A stretch of DNA of 64,000 bases, taken from contig OY761159.2 of NCBI GenBank assembly GCA_963664395.2, positions 192,001-256,000 of the forward strand, in the 5' to 3' direction. The notes under the pieces were generated by a model. It was not told the origin of the DNA, made no database searches, and saw nothing but the letters and a program-made list of their open reading frames with translations. This document shows positions 39,821 to 48,528 of this stretch, one piece after another. This DNA comes from Candidatus Binatia bacterium (GTDB lineage Bacteria > Desulfobacterota > Binatia > Bin18). Positions within the stretch are counted from its first letter, which is position 1. The number at the start of each line of letters is the position of its first letter. The position numbers and the translations under genes are program-made.

Positions 39821-40658
39821 CTCGACCCATAAACCGGTCGCCGTCGTGGTGGGAGCAACATCCAAGTGGCAGTCAGATGGCCGCAATACCAAACTCGCGC
39901 ACGGTAAGGTGATCGACGACAGCGATATGCCCGTCGGTGCGCGCTGGGGCATCGGCGGTGCCGTAGCTCAGAAGTTTGCCAAAGAGGGCTTCTTCGTCGT
40001 GTTGACGACCCGGAATGCCGCCAATGCGTCTGGGTTGGAGCAGGCAATCCGAGAGCAAGGTGGCGAAGGCATGATTGTCGAGCTGGACCTAGTGTCGCAC
40101 GACTCCATATCACAGGCGTTCGCCCAGATTCGAGAGCAAGCCGGTGACCCGAATGTCTTGGTCTACAACGCGGGCTACCTGGAGGGGCGTGACCTGCCGC
40201 CAGAGAAAGAATTGCTTGAACACATCCCGGTCGAACTATTTGACACCGCGCAGCACATCTCCAGCCGAGGACCGTTCTTAGTCGCCAAGGAGGTATTGCC
40301 CGCCATGCGAGAGCGAGGCGCAGGCTCTTTCCTCATTTCTAATAACGCGGCGGCCTTGCGCGGACGCAAGCGACTGACAGGACAGTCGTTGTACTATCCG
40401 AGAGTGATGATGCGCACGCTGGCGCAGGTGCTGACGGAGGAATATTCCGAGCATGGCGTACACGTGGCCAACGTCGTGATAGACGGCCTCATCGACTCTC
40501 CAGGCACCCGCGCCCTGCCGATAGCCCGGCAGCGGCCTGAAGTGGTGATGAATCCCGTTAAGATCGCTGAGGCGTACTATTATCTACACACCCAAGACAA
40601 ATCCTGTTGGACGCACGAACTCCAATTGACTCCATTTCCGACCAAGCCGAGCTTTTAA
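39816..40658 (+). CDS. Short-chain dehydrogenase/reductase (atypical)
   Basis: VAVVVGA...GIGGAVA (interrupted Gly loop), LVYNAG, HVANVVIDG.ID, WTHEL. Confidence 0.85.
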   Translation: MNSTHKPVAVVVGATSKWQSDGRNTKLAHGKVIDDSDMPVGARWGIGGAVAQKFAKEGFFVVLTTRNAANASGLEQAIREQGGEGMIVELDLVSHDSISQAFAQIREQAGDPNVLVYNAGYLEGRDLPPEKELLEHIPVELFDTAQHISSRGPFLVAKEVLPAMRERGAGSFLISNNAAALRGRKRLTGQSLYYPRVMMRTLAQVLTEEYSEHGVHVANVVIDGLIDSPGTRALPIARQRPEVVMNPVKIAEAYYYLHTQDKSCWTHELQLTPFPTKPSF

Positions 40659-40679
40659 GAGCGTCAACTTAGGACAGAC

Positions 40680-40925
40680 GCTTATGCCGGTCTGGTCAGC
40701 GGTTTCGTCACCTTCCTCGTGCTACATACCCAAATGATTGATCCCGCTTGGTTTGCGCCCGGCCTGCTGCACACCGCCGCCGCCTGGCTGCACGCCGAAG
40801 GCCCCAGCCCCTTCTCCTGCGCGACGCTGGGGGAACTCATGTCAGTTGCCTGTACCTATGTCGTATCTAAAGCAACGCAGCCACTGCCCGAGTCACATGT
40901 GAAGGCGTTGTTTGAAGGGACGTAG
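40680..40925 (+). pseudogene. Isolated 3' end (81 codons) of an SSF symporter; direct repeat of 37640-37882
   Basis: AYAGLVSGFVTFLVLHTQ...PLPESHVKALFEGT*, colinear with copy 1 at an offset of exactly 3040 nt; no 5' part. Confidence 0.92.
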
Positions 40926-40993
40926 GCTGCGGTTGCGGAAGGACGGCTTCTTTACTGGATTGTGAACTGCCCAGTGATAGGTTAGTCCGACAC

Positions 40994-41017
40994 CTGGATT
41001 TGGTCGATTACCATTAG
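40994..41017 (+). pseudogene. 3' tail remnant of a HigB toxin
   Basis: ctg gat ttg gtc gat tac cat tag = LDLVDYH*, the typical HigB C-terminus, immediately before higA. Confidence 0.6.
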
Positions 41018-41029
41018 GAGGACCATGAC

Positions 41030-41311
41030 GTGCCAATGAAGAACCCACCCCATCCGGGCCTGTCCGTGCGCCACGATTGCCTTGAGGCTCTGGGACTCAA
41101 TGTATCAGAGGCGGCGCGCAAGCTTGGTATCAGCCGTACGCAGCTTTCAGATATCGTGAATTGCCGCTCCGGCATTTCGCCTGAAATGGCGATCCGTCTC
41201 GACAAGGCGTTCGGCGCCGCCGCCGAGACTTGGTACCGGCTTCAATCCTCCTACGAACTGGCCCAGGCAAAGCTATCGCCTATCGTGAAACGCTCTAGCT
41301 TCTTCTTTTAG
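41030..41311 (+). CDS. higA: HigA family antitoxin (orphan; atypical C-terminus)
   Basis: [22 protein letters not shown]....[13 protein letters not shown]. Confidence 0.9.
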   Translation: MPMKNPPHPGLSVRHDCLEALGLNVSEAARKLGISRTQLSDIVNCRSGISPEMAIRLDKAFGAAAETWYRLQSSYELAQAKLSPIVKRSSFFF

Positions 41312-41321
41312 GTATATCTTC

Positions 41322-43082
41322 ATGTCGATCACGTCTGTTCGTTTCTGGAATTTCAAGGCGCTCAGAGACTACTCCGTCTCTCTTCAACAAATGAATATTC
41401 TTGTTGGGCCCAATAACTGTGGAAAGTCAACAATGTTGAGCGCATTCCGCGTTCTTGAACAAGCCATGAGAACGGCAGGTTCACACCGCGCAATTCGCGT
41501 TCCAACTCATACGGGGAATCAGACAGACGGTCACATCATCCCTGAGTCAGCCGTACCGATCCCGATGGAAAACGTACATTCTGATTATACAGACGAAGAC
41601 AGCCGTATCGAGTTTCGTTTCTCGAACGCAAACAAGCTCTTTCTCTTCTTCCCCGCCAGTGGTGGATGCATTCTCTATTGGGATGTAATAGGCAAACCCA
41701 TTGCAACGCCCTCTGCGTTCCAGCGATCATTCCCGATTCAAGTACAAGTTATTCCAGTACTTGGCCCTATTGAGCAAGAAGAGCAAATTGTCACGGATGA
41801 AACAGTTCGACGGGCATCTGGTACGCCCCGGGCAAGTCGGCATTTTCGCAATTATTGGTATAAGAACCCCGATGGCTTTGAACGGTTTCAGTCTCTGGTC
41901 GAGCAGACTTGGCCAGAAATGTCCATCGGCCGCCCGGAGCGCACCTCCTTACTGGACAGTCAACTTGTCATGTTTTGTTCGGAAGACCGTAGGGACCGTG
42001 AACTCTACTGGGCAGGACTTGGATTTCAAGTTTGGTGTCAGTTATTGACTCATGTGTCACGCTGTAGCGGGTCTGATCTTTTAGTTGTTGACGAGCCTGA
42101 AGTTTATCTACACCCGGATGTCCAGCGTCAGTTGCTTGGAATTCTGAGGGATGTTCAGCCTGACGTTGTTCTCGCAACTCATTCAACTGAAATTATAGGA
42201 GAAGCCGACCCAAGTGAAATACTCCTGGTCGATAAGACTAGACGTTCTGCAAAACGCCTTCGAGATGTCGAAGAGGTTCAACAAGCTCTTGATGTCATTG
42301 GATCTATTCAAAACATTACTCTGACTGAACTTGCAAGAAACCGAAGGCTTCTCTTTGTCGAAGGGCTAAATGACTACAAGATTATTCGACGCTTTGCCAG
42401 GAATGTTGCCCTAACCGACTTGGCTTCCGGGAACGGCATCACTGCGTTGGAATCGGGAGGCTTCTCTTCGTTGTCCCGTGTCCAAGCACTTGCGTGGGGG
42501 TTCCGGAAAACACTAGGTACTGAGCTGAAAGTGGCTGCGATATATGATCGGGACTATTGGTGTGATGAGGAAATCAATGAGTTGGTCAGTTCTCTTAATA
42601 CCGAAATTCAGTTTGCCCATATCCATCAGAGAAAAGAAATTGAAAACTATCTCCTTATCCCCGCTGTTCTCGAAAGAGTAGTAATACGTCTAATTACCGA
42701 GAAGGCAAGGCAAAATGGGATTGATGAAGTTTCCCAAGTGAACGTCATGGACCTTCTTGCATCCCTTACTAATGAGACCAAAACAGATTGCCAAGGCCAA
42801 TACGTAAGCCGATATTGCGAATATCATCGAAACAGCGGACGCGACCAAGCAACGTTGACTTCCGAAGCCCTTTCCCGATTTGAAAGCAAATGGACAATGC
42901 TGGACACAAGAATGATTTTGGTTCCAGGCAAAAAAATCCTGAAGACATTTAGGCAACGATGCCAATCAGAATGGGGTATCACACTTACAGATATTCGCCT
43001 CATTGACGGCTTTCAGAAAGAGGAGATACCTTCGGATCTTATAGAGCTTCTTGCGGCTTTAAATGCTTATAGAGGAGACTAG
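41322..43082 (+). CDS. ABC-type ATPase + TOPRIM nuclease (OLD-family-like)
   Basis: NFK, Walker A GPNNCGKS, Walker B LVVDEPEVYLHP, ATHS; TOPRIM FVEG..D, DRD, KEIENYL. Confidence 0.85.
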   Translation: MSITSVRFWNFKALRDYSVSLQQMNILVGPNNCGKSTMLSAFRVLEQAMRTAGSHRAIRVPTHTGNQTDGHIIPESAVPIPMENVHSDYTDEDSRIEFRFSNANKLFLFFPASGGCILYWDVIGKPIATPSAFQRSFPIQVQVIPVLGPIEQEEQIVTDETVRRASGTPRASRHFRNYWYKNPDGFERFQSLVEQTWPEMSIGRPERTSLLDSQLVMFCSEDRRDRELYWAGLGFQVWCQLLTHVSRCSGSDLLVVDEPEVYLHPDVQRQLLGILRDVQPDVVLATHSTEIIGEADPSEILLVDKTRRSAKRLRDVEEVQQALDVIGSIQNITLTELARNRRLLFVEGLNDYKIIRRFARNVALTDLASGNGITALESGGFSSLSRVQALAWGFRKTLGTELKVAAIYDRDYWCDEEINELVSSLNTEIQFAHIHQRKEIENYLLIPAVLERVVIRLITEKARQNGIDEVSQVNVMDLLASLTNETKTDCQGQYVSRYCEYHRNSGRDQATLTSEALSRFESKWTMLDTRMILVPGKKILKTFRQRCQSEWGITLTDIRLIDGFQKEEIPSDLIELLAALNAYRGD

Positions 43083-43114
43083 GGAGCGTTGCCGGTTTCT
43101 TCAGAGTGTTGACG

Positions 43115-43177
43115 GAGATTCAGTTAGGCGTACACGATTTCCGATGCTACACTGCACGAGAAAGGGCTCCATATGAA
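43115..43177 (+). repeat. 64-bp promoter/RBS module, copy B'
   Basis: gagattcagttaggcgtaca...tacactgcacgagaaagg...atatgaa; contains an extended -10-like TGcTAcacT. Confidence 0.85.
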
Positions 43178-43400
43178 AGATCAAGGCGTTGTCGTGCATA
43201 GTGACCCTGATATTCTCGGTGGAACTCCCGTCTTTATGGGGACACGGGTTCCGGTAAAAGCGCTCCTGGACTACTACGCTGGGGGACATACCTTGGATGA
43301 CTTTCTTGACGACTTTCCTACAGTAACACGCGCGCAGGCAATGACGGTCTTGGAGCAGGAGGGGCAGTTGCCGGCAGGTGCCCATGCGCGTTCTGCTTGA
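43173..43400 (+). CDS. DUF433 family antitoxin
   Basis: DPDILGGTPVF.GTRVPV..L.DY...G..LD.FL.DFP. Confidence 0.9.
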   Translation: MKDQGVVVHSDPDILGGTPVFMGTRVPVKALLDYYAGGHTLDDFLDDFPTVTRAQAMTVLEQEGQLPAGAHARSA

Positions 43401-43701
43401 CGAGTGTGTCCCCCGGAAAATTCGAGGCGAGTTGCCAAGCCATGACGTGCAGACCGTCGCCGAGGTGGGCTGGGGAGGCACAAAGAATGGAGCGTTGCTC
43501 CGCCGAGCCGCCTCGGAGTTCGATGCCCTGCTGACCGTAGACCAAGGAATCCCATATCAACAGAATATCGGGGGCCTCTCTCTGGCTTTGATCATCATCA
43601 AAGCACCGAGCAATGACATCAACGACTTGCGACCCAAGATGGCCGAGGTGCTACGAGTGCTGGAAACGATTCAGCCTGGCCAAGTGGTACAGGTTGCCTA
43701 A
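43384..43701 (+). CDS. DUF5615 PIN-like toxin
   Basis: MRVLLDECVP, HDV.TV, W.G.KNG.LL, FD.LLT.D; overlaps the DUF433 gene. Confidence 0.85.
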   Translation: MRVLLDECVPRKIRGELPSHDVQTVAEVGWGGTKNGALLRRAASEFDALLTVDQGIPYQQNIGGLSLALIIIKAPSNDINDLRPKMAEVLRVLETIQPGQVVQVA

Positions 43702-43839
43702 CCACACGCTCTAGCCGTTCACATCCCTGTCCCATCTCAGCGGCTTCTTTCTGCGGCATGAACAAAGAGGCATTGCTGTATGGTCGGCTAACCGTGTAGT
43801 AAGAATGAAATCGAAAGTCCGGCCAAGAGGAGGGTTTAC

Positions 43840-44268
43840 ATGTCAGAACTGGAAAAACGAATCACCCGGCTCGAAGACATTGAAGCGATAAAGCAGCTCA
43901 AGGCTCGCTACTGCGAAATCTGCGACGATATGCACAACCCCGACAGAGTCGCGTCGGTATTCGTTGAAGATGCCATCTGGGAAAGTGCGGATTTCGGCAA
44001 AGCCGAGGGCCATGACGCTATTCGCGAATTATTTCGCAACTTCCAAAGAACGTTCAGCTTTTCTCAGCACAACATTACGAACCCAATAATCGAGGTCAAC
44101 GGAGATCGCGCCACAGGCATCTGGTACATCATGGGTCCGTGGACGTATGCCGAAAATGACGATGAGAAATGGTTGGCGCTGCGCTATGACGACGACTACG
44201 TGAAAGTAAACGGTGAGTGGAAGTATCAACACTTACGGGTGGCCCTGCGGATGACTGCCGACCGATAA
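43840..44268 (+). CDS. SnoaL/NTF2-like protein
   Basis: RLEDIEAIKQLKARY, H...NP.I.V.GD.A.G.W, Y.DDY....GEW. Confidence 0.88.
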   Translation: MSELEKRITRLEDIEAIKQLKARYCEICDDMHNPDRVASVFVEDAIWESADFGKAEGHDAIRELFRNFQRTFSFSQHNITNPIIEVNGDRATGIWYIMGPWTYAENDDEKWLALRYDDDYVKVNGEWKYQHLRVALRMTADR

Positions 44269-44421
44269 GAGGACTCCGTCAAGAGACAGGGTCAATCGGC
44301 AACGTGAGACCCTGTGCGCATAGGGTCGGTCCTGTGAAGACCAGCCACTCTGACCCATCAGTGCCGCAGAATTGATGCGGAATCCCCAGATGCCCTTTTG
44401 GACTTGTAAGGAGCCCTGCCC

Positions 44422-45999
44422 ATGACACTCGTTAGCTGGTCGTGGTTCTTCCTCGTCATCTATATCGGCGGCATGTTGACCATCGGGGTTGTGGCCCAGC
44501 GGCGCGTGAAACACGCCGACGACTTTGCCACCGCGCGTAGCTCCTACGGCCCCCTGTTTCTGGCCCTGGCGTTTTCCGCCACCACCGTCAGCGGGGCAAC
44601 CTTCCTGGGTATGCCGGGACTGAGCTATACCTGGGGGATAACCACGATGTGGGGCGTCTTTCTGGGCCCCGCCGGCCTATGTGTGGGCATGTTGCTCACC
44701 ATGCGTTTGATTACCAGAGCTGGCCACCGGTTCGGCAACCGCTCCATACCCGAGTACCTCGGCGACCGCTACCAATCCGAAGGTATTCGCGTGCTGGTGT
44801 CGCTGTTTTCCCTGTTGTTGTGTTTCTATCTGGCCGGGCAACTCGTGTCCGGGCTGGTCATGTTCGAGATTCTGCTGGGTGTACCGCCGTTCTGGGCGCT
44901 GCTCATCACCACCACCGTACTGTTGATTTACGTTGTACTGGGCGGGGCGCATGCCGACATCATCGCCGACGGTGTCCAGGCCTGCATGATGCTGCTGGTC
45001 GCCGTGGTGGTCATCGTGCTGTTTCTCCTCGGCTTCGGGCTGGAGGTGGGAGAATCGGGCAGAAGCGGGTACTTGGGTCTGGTCGATAATCTGGCCGCCC
45101 AGGATGAACACCTGGTTGGCCTGCTCAACACCAAAACCCCGCTCTATCACTCCTGGTGGTCGATTGTCTCGCTTATGATTGCGTTCATTCCACTGGGCGT
45201 GCTGCCCCACCTGGGGAATAAACTCTGGGCCTTAAAAGGGACCACGCACCAGAGTCGCTTTCTTGGCCTCACGATCGCCTTCATCGTCACGCTGGCCATG
45301 CTGACCTTGGGTGGTCTGCTGGCCCGGGCGCTGCTGGGCAACGCACTATTTGCCGAAGGGGCGACCTCGAATCACGCCCTGCCCACGCTCTTCATCGAGC
45401 TGTTTCCGACCTGGCTGGCGGCGCTCGTCGGGGTTGGCGTGCTGGCCGCCATTATGTCCACCGCCGACGGGCTGGTGGTGTCCTCGTCCCAAACGATCGC
45501 CAACGACCTCTACCGCCGGACCGTGGCTCCGCGATTGAAGCATCCGCCAACCGAAGAACAGCTCGACCGACAGGTCTTATACATCAGCCGGGTGGCAACA
45601 GTTGTCGTTCTCGTAATCTGTGCGGCCATCGCCTGGGCGTGGGTTGAGACCAACGTGATGCTGATTATCTGGATAGGCACCGGCGGCATCATGTCGGCAT
45701 TTGCCGGTTCCCTGGTATTCGGGGCTCTGTGGCGCGGGGTCACCCGGCCCGGGGCCTACGCCGGCCTGGTCAGCGGCTTTGTCTGCTTTCTGGTTTTGCA
45801 CACCCAACTGCTTGACCCGGCCTGGTTTGCCCCCGGCCTGCTGCACTCCGTCGTCTCCTGGCTCTATATCGAGGGCATCAATCCGTTCTCCTGCTCGTCC
45901 ATCGCCAGCCTTACCTCGGTTGCCTTCACCATCATCGTCTCCAAAGCGACCCGGCCCCTGCCCGAGTCGCACCTCCGGGCGGTGTTCGAGGGCGTGTAA
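44422..45999 (+). CDS. Sodium:solute symporter (SSF), copy 2
   Basis: Close paralog of 36317-37882 with long identical stretches (AQRRVKHADDFATAR, LFIELFPTWLAAL). Confidence 0.9.
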   Translation: MTLVSWSWFFLVIYIGGMLTIGVVAQRRVKHADDFATARSSYGPLFLALAFSATTVSGATFLGMPGLSYTWGITTMWGVFLGPAGLCVGMLLTMRLITRAGHRFGNRSIPEYLGDRYQSEGIRVLVSLFSLLLCFYLAGQLVSGLVMFEILLGVPPFWALLITTTVLLIYVVLGGAHADIIADGVQACMMLLVAVVVIVLFLLGFGLEVGESGRSGYLGLVDNLAAQDEHLVGLLNTKTPLYHSWWSIVSLMIAFIPLGVLPHLGNKLWALKGTTHQSRFLGLTIAFIVTLAMLTLGGLLARALLGNALFAEGATSNHALPTLFIELFPTWLAALVGVGVLAAIMSTADGLVVSSSQTIANDLYRRTVAPRLKHPPTEEQLDRQVLYISRVATVVVLVICAAIAWAWVETNVMLIIWIGTGGIMSAFAGSLVFGALWRGVTRPGAYAGLVSGFVCFLVLHTQLLDPAWFAPGLLHSVVSWLYIEGINPFSCSSIASLTSVAFTIIVSKATRPLPESHLRAVFEGV

Positions 46000-46240
46000 G
46001 TCAATGAGGTATACCCGCACCTGGCATATTGACGCGTCGAAAGAAATACAAGTTACTCTTCTACAATGAGCATTCCGGCAATGAGTTGATCTGGACAGCT
46101 CAGACCCCAAGTCAGGAGTTGGATGAAGTGGAACGGGAGCCAGGGTTCCACTGTTTCGGTTGTGGAAAGGCGTAACAGGTTATACTATCTGCCGACACAG
46201 AGAACAGATATCGCCGCACACTACACTGAGGACAAACACT

Positions 46241-46888
46241 ATGCTGAAAATCTACGGTACGACCCTGAGCAATTATTACAGCACGGCCAAGGCCGCCTTG
46301 GTCGAAAAAGGACTCGCGTTCGAGGAAGTCTCGGTCATGCCGAGCCAGAAACCCGAAGTCCTGGCCAAAAGCCCCATGGGCAAGGTGCCCTACATTGAGA
46401 TCGAGGGCACGACCTTGAGCGAGACCAACGTCATCTTCGACTATCTCGAAGATATCCAGCCGCAGCCGGCGCTGTATCCCAGCGACCCCTGGGCCAGGGC
46501 CAAAACCAAAGAACTCATCCGCGTTGTCGAGTTGTATCTCGACACACCGGCGCGGCGCCACCTGCCCACCGTGTACTTCGGCGCACCGGTTGACCAGACC
46601 GCATATGACGAAGTCCTGCCTGCGCTGGAAAATGGACTGCGGGCATTCAAGCACCTCGTCCGCTTCGAGCCCTATATCGCCGGCGACACGTTTACGTTTG
46701 CTGATATCGCTGCCTATTTTCAGGTGCGATTTACCAACTTGCATACCACCACAGTCTATGAGCGGGACATTACGGATGAAGTGCCGGGCCTGGGCGGGTA
46801 CTTGAAAATGGTCGGCGGACGTCCGTCTATCGACGCCGTTGATTCCATCTTGCAAAGAGATTTCGCAGCCTTCAAAAATAAGAGCTGA
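46241..46888 (+). CDS. Glutathione S-transferase family protein
   Basis: SNYY...K.AL.EKG, SPMGKVP, LSET..I..YLE, FTFAD. Confidence 0.9.
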   Translation: MLKIYGTTLSNYYSTAKAALVEKGLAFEEVSVMPSQKPEVLAKSPMGKVPYIEIEGTTLSETNVIFDYLEDIQPQPALYPSDPWARAKTKELIRVVELYLDTPARRHLPTVYFGAPVDQTAYDEVLPALENGLRAFKHLVRFEPYIAGDTFTFADIAAYFQVRFTNLHTTTVYERDITDEVPGLGGYLKMVGGRPSIDAVDSILQRDFAAFKNKS

Positions 46889-47102
46889 TCCCGTGGGGTG
46901 GCATAAATCGCGCAGACCGTGTAACCTGAGCTGTGTGGTTGAGCATCAGCTCGACAGCGGTGAACAGCAGGCCCTCTTTGTCCCTCCGAGGGCGCGCCGC
47001 TAAAAAAGAACCCTTCTTCCCTTTCCCTGTTGTTTGGGTCGGAAAATACGGCCGTGCCGTACAGGAGCACCCTGCGCGCCTACGGCGGAGATTAATCTAT
47101 TT

Positions 47103-48341
47103 ATGTCTGATTCAGTATCAATTGCACCGGCCACATTTGACCGGTTCGGGCTCCACCAAGCCCTCATCCGCGGCATCCACGCCGCCGGCTTTGAAACCCC
47201 CTGGCCAATCCAGATCGAAACCATTCCTCCCGGCCGCGACGGCCGCGACGTGCTCGGCTTAGCTCAGACCGGCACAGGCAAGACGGCGGCCTTCGCCCTC
47301 CCCCTGCTTGACCGGCTCCTCGGAGAACGCCGCAAGGGCCCGCGCGCTCTGGTGCTCGCGCCCACCCGGGAACTCGCCAGCCAGATTACAGAAGAAATCC
47401 GGACGCTGGCCAGGTTCACCCGCCTCAAGATGGCCACCATCTACGGCGGTGTCTCAATGCAGAATCAGATCAATGCGCTGCGTCAGCGCCCGGAGGTCGT
47501 AGTCGGTTGCCCAGGCCGCGTACTCGACCTGCTCCAGCAGGGCATACTCCGCCTCGGCCAGGTCGAAACCCTCGTGCTCGACGAAGCTGCCCATATGTTA
47601 GATATGGGCTTCCTGCCCGACATTCGCAAGATCCTCGGCGCGCTGCCCGCTCACCGGCAGAACCTGCTGTTCTCAGCCACTATGCCGAAAGAAGTCCGCG
47701 GGCTGGCTGACGATCTGTTAAAAACGCCGTACGTGGTCGAGTTAGCCGATATGGCACCGGCCACTACTATCAAACATGCGTTGGTGCTCGTTGCGGAGCA
47801 GCGCAAGCACGCCCTGCTCGAACACGTACTCACCCAAGACAACTGCGACTCGGCCATTGTCTTCACCCGCACGAAACACCGCGCCCGGCGTCTGGCCGAG
47901 CACCTCGGCCAGGCCGGACACCGAGCCGTGGGTCTCCAGGGAAACCTGTCCCAGTCCCAGCGCGACCGAGCCATGCGCAGCTTCCGCGCACGCCACCATA
48001 ACATCCTCGTGGCAACAGACATCGTGGCGCGCGGCATCGATGTGAGCGGAGTCTCCCACGTGATTAACTTCGATGTACCAGACACACCCGAAGCCTATAC
48101 CCATCGTCTCGGGCGTACCGGCCGCGCCGAGCGCCACGGAGAGGCCTGTACTTTCGTGACGGCCAGCGATTCCGGCTGGGTACGTGCGACCGAACGCATG
48201 ATCGGCTCACGCATTCCCCGCCTGCAGGTCGAGGGCTTCGAGCCCGATGTCAACGAGAAGCCCAAGCGACCCGACGGACAGGCGCGCAACAGACCGCCTT
48301 ATTTGGCGCGCCGTGGGCGTAGCCAAAGGCGCGCCAGCTAG
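47103..48341 (+). CDS. DEAD-box RNA helicase (RhlE-like), motif II reads DEAA
   Basis: AQTGTGKT, PTRELA, LDEAAHMLDMGF, SAT, ARGID, HRLGRTGR. Confidence 0.88.
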   Translation: MSDSVSIAPATFDRFGLHQALIRGIHAAGFETPWPIQIETIPPGRDGRDVLGLAQTGTGKTAAFALPLLDRLLGERRKGPRALVLAPTRELASQITEEIRTLARFTRLKMATIYGGVSMQNQINALRQRPEVVVGCPGRVLDLLQQGILRLGQVETLVLDEAAHMLDMGFLPDIRKILGALPAHRQNLLFSATMPKEVRGLADDLLKTPYVVELADMAPATTIKHALVLVAEQRKHALLEHVLTQDNCDSAIVFTRTKHRARRLAEHLGQAGHRAVGLQGNLSQSQRDRAMRSFRARHHNILVATDIVARGIDVSGVSHVINFDVPDTPEAYTHRLGRTGRAERHGEACTFVTASDSGWVRATERMIGSRIPRLQVEGFEPDVNEKPKRPDGQARNRPPYLARRGRSQRRAS

Positions 48342-48528
48342 ACACACTTCTCCGCGCGGGCGAGGAACTTCGCCCGCGCAGTCCTCCATCACAATCTCTG
48401 TGCTGCCTGCGTTTTCGCAGGGCTGTACCGTTCAGGCCCTATATACAGGCTCTCTCTGAAGGTACATTAAGCTGCCAGACGAGCCAGACGAGAGAGTGTT
48501 AGACCCTGCACGAATGAGGAAGAAAGCC

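Noticed and set aside
36317-45999. SSF copies as a simple assembly duplication
   Set aside because: The copies differ at many synonymous and non-synonymous sites, so they are not collapsed or duplicated reads of one locus; a strain chimera still needs long reads to exclude.
46112-46855. 247-aa minus-strand ORF
   Set aside because: Antisense shadow of the GST gene.
41322-48341. Gabija system (OLD nuclease + helicase)
   Set aside because: The helicase is a DEAD-box RNA helicase 4 kb away, not an adjacent UvrD-like GajB.
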